Of a stretch of 64,000 nt of DNA, positions 37,066 through 51,870 are shown one piece after another. A program made the position numbers and the translations under genes. Origin of the DNA: Rhina ancylostomus (taxonomy: Eukaryota). Below the pieces are notes generated by a model. The model was not told the origin of the DNA, made no database searches, and was given only the letters and a program-made list of their open reading frames with translations. The DNA lies in NCBI GenBank assembly GCA_030265395.1, contig JARFYF010000094.1, forward strand, positions 56,486,866 through 56,550,865, in the 5' to 3' direction. The first letter of the stretch is position 1, and each line of letters begins with the position of its first letter.

Positions 37066-38830
37066 TAGAACATAGAACATTACAGCACAGGAACAGGCCC
37101 CTTGGCCCACAATATTGTGTCCGGCTAATTAAACTAATGACACCTAATTAAACTAACCCCTTCTGCCTGCACATGGTCCATATCCCTCCATTCTCTGCAT
37201 ATTCATGTGCCTATCTAAGAGCCTTTTAAACACCTCTATTGTATTTGCCTCCACCACCATCCCTGGTAGCACATTCCAGTAACCCCCACCCTCTCCGTAA
37301 AAAACTTCCCCCACACATCTTTGAACTCACANNNNNNNNNNCCCCAACCCCCCCCCCCCCCCCCCCCAACTTTAAATGCATGCCCTCTAGTATGAAACAC
37401 TTCGGCCCTGGGAAAGAGGTACTGCCTGTCTGTCTATCTATCTATGTCTCTCATAATTTTATAAACTTCTATCAGGTCTCCTCTCTGCCTCTGCTGCTTC
37501 AGAGAAAGCAACCCTAGTTTGTCCAACCTTTCCTTATAACACATGCTGTCTAATCCAGACAGCATTCTGGTAAACCTCTTCTGAACCCTCTCCNNNNNNN
37601 NNNNNNNNNNNNNNNNNNNNNNNNNNNNNNNNNNNNNNNNNNNNNNNNNNNNNNNNNNNNNNNNNNNNNNNNNNNNNNNNNNNNNNNNNNNNNNNNNNNN
37701 NNNNNNNNNNNNNNNNNNNNNNNNNNNNNNNNNNNNNNNNNNNNNNNNNNNNNNNNNNNNNNNNNNNNNNNNNNNNNNNNNNNNNNNNNNNNNNNNNNNN
37801 NNNNNNNNNNNNNNNNNNNNNNNNNNNNNNNNNNNNNNNNNNNNNNNNNNNNNNNNNNNNNNNNNNNNNNNNNNNNNNNNNNNNNNNNNNNNNNNNNNNN
37901 NNNNNNNNNNNNNNNNNNNNNNNNNNNNNNNNNNNNNNNNNNNNNNNNNNNNNNNNNNNNNNNNNNNNNNNNNNNNNNNNNNNNNNNNNNNNNNNNNNNN
38001 NNNNNNNNNNNNNNNNNNNNNNNNNNNNNNNNNNNNNNNNNNNNNNNNNNNNNNNNNNNNNNNNNNNNNNNNNNNNNNNNNNNNNNNNNNNNNNNNNNNN
38101 NNNNNNNNNNNNNNNNNNNNNNNNNNNNNNNNNNNNNNNNNNNNNNNNNNNNNNNNNNNNNNNNNNNNNNNNNNNNNNNNNNNNNNNNNNNNNNNNNNNN
38201 NNNNNNNNNNNNNNNNNNNNNNNNNNNNNNNNNNNNNNNNNNNNNNNNNNNNNNNNNNNNNNNNNNNNNNNNNNNNNNNNNNNNNNNNNNNNNNNNNNNN
38301 NNNNNNNNNNNNNNNNNNNNNNNNNNNNNNNNNNNNNNNNNNNNNNNNNNNNNNNNNNNNNNNNNNNNNNNNNNNNNNNNNNNNNNNNNNNNNNNNNNNN
38401 NNNNNNNNNNNNNNNNNNNNNNNNNNNNNNNNNNNNNNNNNNNNNNNNNNNNNNNNNNNNNNNNNNNNNNNNNNNNNNNNNNNNNNNNNNNNNNNNNTTC
38501 CATCTGCCATTTCCCCACCCATATCTGCAATTGATCTATAGCCCACTGTATCCTTTGACAATCTTCTAGACTATCCACACCACCAATCTTTGCGTCATCT
38601 GCAAATTTACTAACCTAGCCATCCACTTTTTCATCCAAATCATTTATATACATCACAAACAGCAGAGGTTCCAGTAGGAATCCCTGCGGAACACCACTAG
38701 TCACGACCTCTAGATAGAATAAGACCCAACCAATCACTATCCTGTCTTCTATGGGCACGCCAATTCTGAATCCAAATGGCCAAGTCACCATGGATCCCAT
38801 GCACCTTAATCTTCTGGGTGAGCCCATCAT
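37066..38830 (-). mobile_element. CR1/HER1-type LINE, RT to 3' tail (904-N gap inside)
   Basis: Tail 'tagaacatagaacat' at ~37066; ERVQKRFTRML...RGDLIEVYKIM; VTSGVPQGFLLEPLLFVMYINDLD. Confidence 0.85.
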
Positions 38831-39058
38831 GAGTCGTATATAACAAAGTTAGCATAGCAAGTCGGCTAACTACTTCATGAATTATAGTGAACAACCTCCT
38901 CCTAAGGTTTTCATGCTGAATGCATCAGCCACAGCTTCTTAAGTTCTTCAGTGAATTCTGGACCAACTAATTAGTGTAAATTCTAAACTTAAATCAACTG
39001 CAACCACTGTCTGACTACTTGGCCACAACAAAAGTTATTCAACATTTCNNNNNNNNNN

Positions 39059-39108
39059 TGGAATGCCCAGCCCAGGGAGACTGGATAGACTGTTTGGCTC
39101 AATGTCAT
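39059..39108 (-). CDS. WDR33: WDR33 coding exon, partial (DDIEPNSLSSLPGLGIP...; 3' part lost in the 10-N gap at 39049-39058)
   Basis: AG at 39109-39110. Human: DDLEPNSLAVIPGMGIPEQLKLAMEQEQMG. Donor not visible. Confidence 0.88.
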
Positions 39109-39745
39109 CTGTGGAATTCCATCATAAATAAAAGTTCAGGATTTGTAAAGAGTTTTATCTTTATGAACTATTATACCTAAATGTTTTCTTCCTTTGTGAC
39201 CACTCTACATGGACAAGAGGCATTATAAACTAGAGCAGTTAACGTTTACTTTTTCTATGATGATTCAAAATGTAGAAGGGGCATTCAGAACCTGGAGTCT
39301 CTTTACCGGGAGCAGATAGAAATCCAATGAAAAAGCCAGAAGGAGTGCACACATCTCCCAAACTGTGCCTCACCTGTTCCGTCACCTCCTGCCCAACCTG
39401 TGGCAGAGTTTGTGTCCCCCACATTGGTCTTAACAGTCACCTCAGAGCCCACAGACCAGGATATTCTCAGCCCTGTGAAACTGCCTAAGAGGCTGTAAGT
39501 ACCTTTTGTGCTCTCTGAATACCAGATGTAACTGGACAAATCAGATTCCAATCATACATAGAGCCACTTATTGTGGAAAGATTCTGATACATTATTTATT
39601 ATATTATGCACTAATATTTCAGATTACACTGTAAATTAGAATACTAATGAGAACTGAAATTACACTATAGTCTGGATGCTTCTGCCATTTACTACATTGT
39701 AAAACACTGCATAATGTATTCTGACATTGCATATTCCTTACTTAC

Positions 39746-39843
39746 CATACTCTCCCACAGCTTCATCCGACATCCCTGGAAGCAAGTTGAGATTGTAGCG
39801 ATCTCTCATTTTATCTCCAGGTCTGTTTCTCGTCCAGAATTTG
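39746..39843 (-). CDS. WDR33: WDR33 coding exon (KFWTRNRPGDKMRDRYNLNLLPGMSDEAVGEY)
   Basis: AG at 39844-39845, donor G|GTAAGT, 98 nt. Near-identical to human KFWTRNRPGDKMRDRYNLNLLPGMS. Confidence 0.96.
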
Positions 39844-39869
39844 CTGTGAATGGAAGTCATAGGGGAGTT

Positions 39870-42100
39870 CAGAATTAGGGGAACAGATACTATGCTTTGC
39901 CACAAAGACAGAGTCCCAAAGGTTGTGTTGCCTGCCTGGTGCTAGGGTTAAGGATGCTCCTAGGCTGGAGAAGGACTTGGAGTGGGAGGTGGAGGATTCA
40001 GTGGAAGTGGTTCACTTAGGCACTAACAACATGGCTAGAACTTGGAAGGAAGGTTCTGTTGAGGGATTACGAGAAGCTGTGGGCAAAACTGAATAGTAGA
40101 ACCACATGGATGATAATCTGTGGATTATTATCTTGAGCCATGTGCAAAATGGTAAAGGATAAATGGGTTTAGAAAAATAAATGCATGGCTCAAAGCTTAG
40201 TGTGGTAAAAGAAGAGTTCAGATTCATGGGACACTGGAACCAGTATCAGGGAATGAGAGAGTTGTTCCATTAGGATGGACTTCACCTCAATTATGCTGTG
40301 ACCAGTGTCTTGATGAATTGCATAAATAGTGTTGTAGACAGAGCTTTAAAGTAAATAGGAGGGGGGAGGGCTCCAAGAACAGAAGGTTTAATAAATCAAA
40401 AGGAAATGAGAGAGCCGTGGCACAGGATAGTGAGGGGGAAATTGATAAGCAATGTGCGACAGGCTGGGGCAGAAAATATGCAGAACACATCAAATCCATT
40501 AGAAAAAATGAAAAAAAAATCAAAGCTTAACAATCTTTATTTGAATGCATGTAGCACTTACAATAAGACAGATAGCTGACATCACAGAGAGCAACAAATG
40601 AGTACGATTAAAAAGCTTTAATGTAGATATGGTTGCAGGGTGGCCAGGACTGGGTGCTCAGTATTCCAGGTTACATGATATTCCAAAACAAGAGGCCAAA
40701 AGGGAAAGGAGGCAAGGTAGTGTTGTAAATAAAGAATGATATCAGAGGGGCGTTGCATCATGTTATAAAGGCAGTGGATAGTCACGTTGAATTGTTTTGG
40801 GTTGAAATCACGAATAGCACTGGAAAGAAGACATGGGTGGGAGTAGTCTACAGGCCCTATAAATGTGACTTTCTAGGGTATGTTTGAAGGGAACTACAAT
40901 TGTCATGGGTGATTTTAATCTACTTATTGATTGGACATACCAAATTGGTAAGGGTATCTCAGAAGAAAGATTTGTGGAGTGTGCGTCAGGGATTGCTTCT
41001 TAAAACAGTATGTTACAGAGCCTACCTGGGAACAGGCTATTTTAGATTTAGTCAAGAGTAATTAGGAAGACTTAATAAGAAATCTTGTGGTTAAAGATCT
41101 CCTGGGAGATATAGACCAAAATATGATAGAATTCCAGATGCAATCTGAGGGTGAACACCACAGCACCATAACTACTGTCTTCCACTTTATTAAGGGCATT
41201 TATAATAGAATGCACTTTATTAAGGGCATTTATAGGTGGACTAGGAAAATATAATGAGAGAGAGGTCAGTGGATGAACAGTGCAGGTATTCAAATAGCTG
41301 GTCCATAATGCTCAGCAGGAATTTATCCCAATTAGAGGGATACCATGAGAAAGAGGCACAATCTGTGGTTAACAAAGGTCAAGGATAACACTAAATTTAA
41401 ACAGTAGGGCATGCAAAGTGGCAAGGGCTAGTGACAGGCCAGAGGACCAGCAGTGAAAGACTAAAATAACTCAAAAGAATAGGGGAAACTGATTTTGAGG
41501 GAAAGCTTGCATATAACATAAAAGCAAACAGTAAGAGTTTCCTATGGATATATAAATAGGAAGAAGGCAGCCAAGGTAAGCATGGGATTTCTAAAGAACG
41601 AGGCTGGTGAACTAATAACAGAACACAAAGAAATGGCAGTTATTTTTTGCATCAGTTTTCACCATAAAGGAGTCTGCAAATATCCCTAGGGTAACAGTTG
41701 TGCTAATTTCAAATAACAGAGAGGAACCTGTAAAAATTCCAATCATGAGGGATAAAGTATTAGAGAAACTCACAGGGCTAGAGACGGACAAATCACCAGG
41801 ACCCAGTAGCCTGCGTCCTTAAAGGAAGTGGCTGCATCGACAATAGCTGAATGTATTCAAAACCTCCTAAATTCCAGGAGGGCACCAGAAGACTGGAAAA
41901 TAGCCAATGTGAGTCCCTTGCTCAAAACGGAATAAAGACAGAAGGCGAAGAACTATAGGCCAGTTAGTTAAACATTTAATATTATGATTCTAGAGTCAAT
42001 AACTAATCACTTAGGAAAGCTGAATATAATCAAACTTAGTCAACATGTTTTTATGAAATGTGAATCATGTTTGGCAAATTTGAAGATGCAACAGAGAGAG
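39870..42100 (+). mobile_element. Long degenerate CR1 LINE (ORF1 esterase-like, endonuclease, start of RT)
   Basis: CCLPGARVKD...VVHLGTNN (CR1 ORF1 SGNH-like) at ~39925-40030; IVMGDFN at ~40900; DKSPGP at ~41786; DWKIANV..., KNYRPVS at ~41890-41970. Confidence 0.8.
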
Positions 42101-42479
42101 TGACTGTGCAGGATCAGAGTCACTGCTCCAGAAAGGACATTGTTCAATAATAAGTTAAGGGAATGAATTAAATCCAACCTATTTTCATTTTAGTTTGGTA
42201 TTTATAAAACATTTTGATAGCTTTCAGGAAGGGAGGAAGTGGGAGACTCGAAGCATTTTTTCCCCAATTCTCTGTGGCTATTAGCATTTTGCTGGAGGAC
42301 TAGAAACTACAAAGATAACCCCTAATTTAATAAGGAATTAAGGGTGGACAGATAAAATATTAACTCTGTCTGATCTGCTGAATATTTCCAGCATTTTTTA
42401 TTTTTATTATAGACAGAGTATTTAATGGTCTATCAGCAACTTACTGCTAGGTAACTGAGGGACAGAAAAAAAAATCAGC

Positions 42480-43555
42480 AAAGGCGAATCAATGGAAGGT
42501 CATGCCTGACCGGCGAATGAATACAATAAGGAAGAAGCAAGATTGATGAGGATTGTGGGTTTGATATCTACATTGACGTTAGCGAAATGTCTTACAAGGT
42601 CCAAATGAGGTAGATTGATCAGCCCGTGGAATCCAAGAGAAAGTGGCAAGTTGAATCCATAGATATCTCAAGCTAAAGGAAACAGCAGATGAGCTTAAGT
42701 GACCGGATGGCTTGTAGTGGCAGTGCGGTTGGTAGAGAGAAAACACGTTTTAAGTTGCAGGATGATATCAGGTATGTGATAAACTGGCAAAAAAAATTTA
42801 ACCCAGGAACGTTGGATGGACACGGTAGGCAGAAGGATCTGTTTCTTTGTTGTATGACTCAATAAAAGGTGAGATAATACCTTTGGGATGATAAACAAAC
42901 CAGAATAAATGGTAGGATCCTGAGTGTAGAAGAAATGATAGATCTTGGAATGCATTGCATCAAATACCTTAGGGTAGTAAGGCAAACAATGATTATTATG
43001 ATTAAGGAGTTTTAAGGGATATTTGCCTTTACCAGCCAATACATAGATTAGAAGATCAATATGACCACACCAGAACTGTATAAAACACCATTGGTGCCAC
43101 AGCCAGAGTACATTTACCGGTGTTACATTCCAGGAAGGATACAAGAGCAGTAGAGCGCATGATGCCAGAGATGGAGAAGTTTACTTATGGATCATTGGTT
43201 TGCTGGGCTGGGGAAGCTGAAGGAAGACTGAAGTGTAAAATTATGAGACCACAATGTGCTGAACAGAATGACCTATTTCTGACAGCAGAAGCCAATAATT
43301 TGGGAATATAGATTTGAGGAAAGATTACAGGAACAATATTTTCATTCAAATTGTGGTAAAGATCTGGAACTCACTGGCTGAAAGGGGTGGTGGCAGAAAT
43401 CCGTGCTGTATTTAGAAACCACCTATAGTGTTGTAGCCTCCAGTTTATGAACCAAGAGCTGAGAAGTGGAGTTAATCTGAATAACTCTTACTTTAGCCAG
43501 TATGGACGTTATGGACCAATGGCCTCCTTTCTAGCTGTGAATTTCTAGGATTTCA
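42480..43555 (+). mobile_element. Degenerate CR1 LINE RT/3' region
   Basis: 'ggaaggtcatgcctgac', 'ctgtataaaacacc...gccacagccagagta', 'ggaaggatacaagagcagtagagcg', and tail 'ggaccaatggcctcctttct'. Confidence 0.6.
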
Positions 43556-43613
43556 CTGCATGATACATCTATAAAAATCATGAGGTTCCCTGACTTTTTT
43601 TCCCCAATTTTTA

Positions 43614-43775
<162 letters not shown>

Positions 43776-44061
43776 TCAGATCAGTTATGGTACAACAGTA
43801 GAATGTTAACCAGAGCAGCATATAAATACAGGTCTTCATCAAGTCTTGCACACAACGTGGACTGAAGAGATATTGGCCGTGAGAGCAAAACTTGTCTTCT
43901 TGTGGGTTGATGTGGAATTGGTTAGTGTTTTCAGATGCAGGCTAGAAAAATTATACATGGTCCTGTTTTTCACTGAGTAAGTCAAAATTACAGAAAAAAC
44001 AATCAGTGGATATTTATTTTGAATGTTATCTGTTACATATCACACTTCAAGATGTTACTCA

Positions 44062-44253
<192 letters not shown>

Positions 44254-47004
44254 AGNNNNNNNNNNNNNNNNNNNNNNNNNNNNNNNNNNNNNNNNNNNNN
44301 NNNNNNNNNNNNNNNNNNNNNNNNNNNNNNNNNNNNNNNNNNNNNNNNNNNNNNNAGCATGGAATCCATGTGCTGGACAACAAGGCATTAATGGAGCCAA
44401 ATGAGGGCCAGAACTCAGAACCATGACAACAGACTTAAATCACTATATGCTTCTGCTTAATTGTACTGTACGATTTTGGGGGGACTTTTTGCTTTCTTTT
44501 ACTGTAAAAAGATAAGTAAATGTAATTTTAAAAAAAGACAACTTTATCCTTAAAAGTGTCTCCTTATCAGGACACTGTATAAAACTGAGCAAATCATTTC
44601 ACTCTGCATGACAGTCAGCTGACAGCCAATAAACAAATTATAAACATCATGTTGCTTTTTGATATGTTTTTTTCTCTTTAAGATGCAAACCTTAAGACTG
44701 AGATGGACAACTTCATCCTAATAATTTGTTAGTATATAAAGTGGCTCAATATTAATACTTGACAGGAAAGGAGTTTTAAGACATGAGAGCCATTTCACTT
44801 TTGTTCAATTTCCTGTGAAATCAAATAGGGTGACATCAATCAAGAGAATCATGTCTGATTATATGTCAGCAAATTGCATGGATTAATGAGTGTACAAAAT
44901 ATGTTCAGAAGAGAAGCTCAAATCCTTGCTGTCTGATTTTATCTTCAACTATGTTCTTACATAAATGCACTATTAGTAATAAAAGCAAAGTCCAGAAATA
45001 CTCAGCAGGTATTTATTTTAGTGAGAAAGAAACAAAAGCTAATGCTTCAGGTCATTGACCTTTCTACTGACTGTTGCTTTTTCCACAGATGCAGCCTGCC
45101 CTGTTTAGTACTTCCTGGATTTTCTGTTTTTATTTCAGATTTCCAGCAACGGCATTTTACTTTATTTTTGTGAACTACAAGTAACTTGTGGTGCCCTTGT
45201 GTATTTTTGTGTTATATTACAAGTAAGTAAATATATCAATTTTAACTTGAACATAATGGTCTAATCACATATTAGTTACCATCACTAATAGTCAACAGAT
45301 TACCGTGGGCAATCCACAGGCTTTCTGATACAATGCACTGGAGCTTAGAGGTGTTTACTAATCCCATGGGATCCTTATCATAAATTCCAGTGCCCTGGAG
45401 ACTTTTCTTATCTATGCCTCTCTTGAGCACAGCACCCAAGTATCAAGAGAAAGTTCATATAGAAAGTTACATCTGCATACTCTGGAACAACAAGATTCCT
45501 ATCTATTGTAGTAATTTACAAAATTAGTCTTTACTAATTAACTCAGGATTATACTTATTTTTAGCTCTACATATTGTCAGTAAACATCAGATCAAAACAA
45601 GAACATTCTTAAGAACATACAGGTTGCTCCACTACATGCGTGACAAGCTGGACCCTGGGGTTTTCCTGCAAGAACCAAAAAAATCAAGAGGGAATACCCA
45701 ACTGACTGCACTGATACGTTGATCAAATAAATTCTAGTTAAGCTTTGGCTGGGATTATACACTGATAAGACACTGTAGTAAACATCTGGGATTTTTATTT
45801 CTGTGTTTATTTCACTGCAAAATTACAATCATTACGCTTTGCTGTTTAGTATAAAAACAGGAAGAACCTGCCCTAGTCCTGGCTAACTCTGTAGGGTTGA
45901 TTAGCATGAAACTTAGATCAGTTAATGCTTTTATTTGAAACACTGCAGCAAGCATTTGTCACTGTACTTAATTCTCTATGTGATAATGAGATTGAACTTA
46001 AAGTCTCCTTTAACAGAGTATCAAGGGTAGACAATTCACTTCCATACAGACTGCTGAGTTTNNNNNNNNNNNNNNNNNNNNNNNNNNNNNNNNNNNNNNN
46101 NNNNNNNNNNNNNNNNNNNNNNNNNNNNNNNNNNNNNNNNNNNNNNNNNNNNNNNNNNNNNCGTCCATACAGACTGCTGAGTTTGATAGCTGTGGGTAAG
46201 TGGAAAGGAGAAACGACAAGATGTGCAGACATCTAATAGAACTAATGAAAAACCAACCAAGCAAGACATCAATGGAATACAGAATGGATTCAACACACCA
46301 AATTGGACACAAAAATATGCTCCCAACCTAAATATCAATACCAAAGGATCTGTACAATTGAAAAGGAAAAAATAAAACTTAAACTAGGTAATTATTGTCA
46401 AGGGAAGGCAAAATTGTGGCTGCGTTATTAGACTAATGTACATAGATTTGCACTGTTGATCTGGAGACACAAGCTTGAATCCCACCAAGGCAACTTTGCG
46501 AAGTGCATTTCATTAATGGTGACCATTAAACTACAAGACTGTTCCAAAAACCAGCTGGTTCACTAGTGTCCTAAAGGGAAGGAAAAAGGTCATCTTTATC
46601 CAGTTTGGCCTAGGATACAACTCCATTAGGGATGGGGCAAATAAGTGGTGGCATTGCCAATAACACCCACATTTAAGTGAACTAATAAATAAAAATGAAA
46701 TCCTGTGAAAACTATGAAAGAAATATAACTTTTGATAAATATGCTAACTTAGAGTACAAGCCACTGTGCATGGGGCTAAAACAAGTTCCAAATTTCCGCC
46801 ACCTTCAACTTCTAGTAAAGTTTCCTAATTTCATTCTTTATGATGTATAAACACAGATCCCTATGTCACTTTGAGCCTACAATATTTATAGCATTTCGCC
46901 ACCTTGAAAAATTAGGCTGTGTTGATCTCACCTTTGTCTTCAATTTCCCACTATTGTTCCTATTTACTTAATAACTCCTTGTAACAATATTTCCATCTAT
47001 ACTC

Positions 47005-48400
47005 AGTGGTCAACAACTTTGAGACAGGATACCCTGAGGTCCTCTTCATTATTGCAGGTGACTTCAACCAGGCCAACCTCAGAAGTGTTTTACCAAAATA
47101 CTACCAGCACATCTCCTGCTCCACCAGGGGCCCCAACACCCTTGACCATTGCTATACGATCATCAAAGATGCCTTCTGAGCCACCCCTCGCCCTCACCTT
47201 GGTAAATCGGACCACCAGGCTGTGCTCCTCCTCCTTGCACACAAACAGAAACTGAAACGAGAGGATCCAGTACAGAGAGTCGTGCAGTGCTGGTCTGAGG
47301 AAATAGATGAGCTTCTATNNNNNNNNNNNNNNNNNNNNNNNNNNNNNNNNNNNNNNNNNNNNNNNNNNNNNNNNNNNNNNNNNNNNNNNNNNNNNNNNNN
47401 NNNNNNNNNNNNNNNNNNNNNNNNNNNNNNNNNNNNNNNNNNNNNNNNNNNNNNNNNNNNNNNNNNNNNNNNNNNNNNNNNNNNNNNNNNNNNNNNNNNN
47501 NNNNNNNNNNNNNNNNNNNNNNNNNNNNNNNNNNNNNNNNNNNNNNNNNNNNNNNNNNNNNNNNNNNNNNNNNNNNNNNNNNNNNNNNNNNNNNNNNNNN
47601 NNNNNNNNNNNNNNNNNNNNNNNNNNNNNNNNNNNNNNNNNNNNNNNNNNNNNNNNNNNNNNNNNNNNNNNNNNNNNNNNNNNNNNNNNNNNNNNNNNNN
47701 NNNNNNNNNNNNNNNNNNNNNNNNNNNNNNNNNNNNNNNNNNNNNNNNNNNNNNNNNNNNNNNNNNNNNNNNNNNNNNNNNNNNNNNNNNNNNNNNNNNN
47801 NNNNNNNNNNNNNNNNNNNNNNNNNNNNNNNNNNNNNNNNNNNNNNNNNNNNNNNNNNNNNNNNNNNNNNNNNNNNNNNNNNNNNNNNNNNNNNNNNNNN
47901 NNNNNNNNNNNNNNNNNNNNNNNNNNNNNNNNNNNNNNNNNNNNNNNNNNNNNNNNNNNNNNNNNNNNNNNNNNNNNNNNNNNNNNNNNNNNNNNNNNNN
48001 NNNNNNNNNNNNNNNNNNNNNNNNNNNNNNNNNNNNNNNNNNNNNNNNNNNNCTCTGACATCCACCATCATGAAGTGCTTTGAGAGGCTGGTCATGGCAC
48101 ACATTAACTCCAGCCTCCCAGACAATCTTGACCCACTGCAATCTGCCTACTGCTGTAACAGGTCTAGAGTGGATGCCATCTCCCTGGCCCTACATTCATC
48201 TCTGGAACATCTGGGCAGTAAAGACATCTATGTCAGACTATCGTTTATTGACAACAGCTCCGCCTTCAATACTATAATTACAAGCAAACTCAACACCACC
48301 CTCTGTAACTCGATCCTTGACTTTCTGACCAACAGACCACGAAGAGAGGCAGCAACACTTCCAGCACAATTATTCTCAATACTGGTGCCCCACATGACTT
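47005..48400 (+). mobile_element. Rex1/Babar-clade LINE (endonuclease and RT fragments around a gap)
   Basis: FIIAGDFNQANLRSVLPKYYQHISCSTRGPNTLDHCYT...GKSDH at ~47045-47215; [12 protein letters not shown]...LDPLQSAY...DNSSAFNTI at 48070-48280. Confidence 0.85.
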
Positions 48401-48550
48401 AGTTCTGAATCACTTGGATCTGGACCTGACTGCATTTCAATAAATTTGTTGCCTCCTTGAATTCTAGACATAGAGAATTTAGGATTTTGCCTGACTGCAG
48501 GAGAAGCCAGTGCTCCAGATGTCCAGAGATTTTGGTAAAAACAATGATTA

Positions 48551-48790
<240 letters not shown>

Positions 48791-50336
48791 TTAAACATTA
48801 TTCCAAGTGGTGCACCGTTATAAATATCAACAATTTTTTTCCACTTATGGGATGTGGACCTCATTGGTAAGGCTGGCCTTTGTCCATTCCTAAGGTGGCA
48901 GCTAGGAATCAATTATATTTATGGGGTTGAACTGGGTAAAAATGTTAGATCTCTTTCCTGGAGGCTTTTAGTGAACCATTTTAGTTTTTCTAACAATGCA
49001 GCAATCTTCTTCCATACACTAGAGATAAAGGTTTATAGCACCTGGGGAAGTCACTCCACTCTTTAAAGGAGCAATTCTAAAATCTCACTATCCTGCTTTT
49101 ATCCATTAACCTTGCAACTACTCTGGCTTCTAAGAAGTGTCTAATTGTTGCATATAATTATCTTTGCCCAAACCAAAAATTGCTGTGTCAATAAAAGCAT
49201 TCCACACTTCAACAAACAGAAATTTTGTCTATTATCTTTACTCATTGTGTTATGTTTATAAGTTGTGGTTTGCAACCACAAGAGNNNNNNNNNNATTTCC
49301 CCACTTACTCTATGAAATTCTAAAATGTAAACAAAATCTACAATTAAATCTTTTTTTTAAATGTGTTATTGGTCCAGCATCTCAACCCTCTCCTTATAAG
49401 GTTACCAAATTAGTCTCTGCTGTCTATGAAGTCATTATCCCTGTACTACAGTTATCGGTACAACTACTTCTACACCATAAAATCCTACATTTGAACACAG
49501 ATAGCTGCTTTTTCCTGATATCATGCCCTTTTACCTACACACGTATACGTAGATAATAGTGTGTCAGGTTTCCCTGTTACTATCCGAGGGATTGTACGAT
49601 CTGTCCACAATCCTCCAATTCAAGTTACATATTCACTGCATTCCTTGATATACATCCTTTTTCATGCCCAGTATTTAATTTCCTATGTAGGATCTACAAA
49701 TTCTGCAGTTTGTTAAGCCTTCTCTCAGACACTTCTTTGCTTACAAAGCTTCAATTGCTCTATTCTTTGTTGACAGTTCCCACAGCTCTGGTCTCTCCTT
49801 TTGCAACAAACACTGGACCTGACAGTATAACAGCACCATATATTGCACCCAGTTCCTGTAGCAATCAATACCACAGTAAAGGCTAAAAATAATATAGGAT
49901 GTTGCTAATTTGGAATACTTTTTATACTGACTCCCCAGGGAAGGAATTACAAAATGCTTAAGTGAGTGACTATAATGAGCTTCAACAGTGATCAGAACCT
50001 AAATTATGACTGATTTGAAACTTTCCTTTTCAATTGAGAATTCAATTGTAACTCTGGTCCACCCAATAAAACCAATCAACAAAAAGTATTTTGATCTCTG
50101 GACCACCATAGGTCAGAGCTTAACAATACAGAATCCATTAAACAGAATTGATATTTTCCTTAGTCTGGATCTCAAATTTTGCTGGTTGAGACTCCAAGAA
50201 ATTAAAACTTTAAATTCCTCTCAATGAAAATACTTCTTCCCTGCTAACCTTCGAGCTGAATTAATCCCACCAGTTTGAGTGGTCCAGAGAGCACCAATAT
50301 TGTAAACATTATTTACATTGAATCTGTCATGACTTA

Positions 50337-50492
<156 letters not shown>

Positions 50493-51599
50493 TTATTCAA
50501 AGCAAACTATTCTATAATCTTCTCATTAAATTGCACTTTGAACTCAGTTATTAATCAATCCATATGATTAGGAATCAACCAATTCCTGCCAAGTCACTTA
50601 TTAAACCCCAAAATAACTCATCCTTTGTACTTAAGCAACCTACTTTAACCTCAGCAATGGACAGCCCGCCACGTAAACAAAGCATTCAACTAAGGCACAA
50701 CATGCAGTAGCCTATGTTCCTACTCAGAGTAAGCAACTTTACCCTTTCCTCTCAGCAATGTAGATAACTAATCCACAGCAATGCAAAGATGTAGTAACCT
50801 GGATCAGAAAATAACCCCATCTTTCACCAACATATAACCACACCACAAACATCCAACTGAGTTCACTGAACTTACCAAAAATAAGGTAACAGAGCTATTC
50901 ACCAAACTCACTTAGAAATCAGAGTGCCACAAAGAAGTCATAACTCATTCATCCAACAGTTACTTAAAGTTGCAGATGCAACAAGAAGAAAGTAATGCAG
51001 ATGTAAAAGATAACTGGGAATGAAAAGGTTAATGACTGCCCATTTGGTCCATTTAAATAGAACTTAAAATGAATGATTCACTGGTGAAAAATAAGTTAAT
51101 TCTATACTAGATTTGGGAACAAATATTTCACAAATCTCATTTCGTGTCTGAGCTGCTCATCTTGTCAAATTCAAGCCACAGTCTGTGAGCGTGGTACAGA
51201 CCTCAGTGACAAAATATTGCATTACCGTTCTACTTTCACCATTGTCTCCATGTGGCTCTGCTGTACCTTTCAAGCACTATGAATCAGTTAATACTTTCAC
51301 CAGCTCAATAAGGGCAACAGCATTATCTGATTGACTCACAACAGGAATTTGGCACTAGGACATTTGTGTATGCTCAAACTAATGTGCAAAATATTGCTGT
51401 CCTCCCTAATTCCTGCAATGAATTACACATTTGTACATTCCAATAAATCAAAGGTTTCCAACCCAGCTTCAGTTTTTCCAGCATCATCCTCCCTGGTTAC
51501 CCAAACTCCAGTATGCACAAAGCTCCAACTCATGCAAATTTGGAGCACTGACATCTAATCATCTTCTATAGCCCAATTACATAGAAAATGCATTAATCA

Positions 51600-51870
51600 C
51601 CTTGCAACAGCAAACTCTCCTGCCTTTAGAGAAGTTGAATGAGCTATAAACACTGTCAGAATCTCATCTGCTCTTCTTTGAGTAAAGAACCTCACTATCC
51701 ACCTGAGAGCAGATGGAGCCTTGGTATTAGCACCTCATCTGAAAGATGGCACTCCCAAACAGTAGACTTTCCCTCAGTACTGCATTGGAGAACCAGCCTT
51801 GATTAAATTCCTGTGGATGGACTTGAACCCACAGCCTTCTAATTCAGAAGTCCACTGATTCATTGCTACA
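51600..51870 (-). mobile_element. Degenerate DeuSINE-like SINE
   Basis: 'cacctcatctgaaagatggcactcccaaacagtagactttccctcagtactgcattgga...ggacttgaacccac' (reverse B-box). Confidence 0.5.

Noticed and set aside
41184-41235. 22-bp direct repeat cactttattaagggcatttata, two copies
   Set aside because: Small slippage duplication inside a decayed CR1 element.
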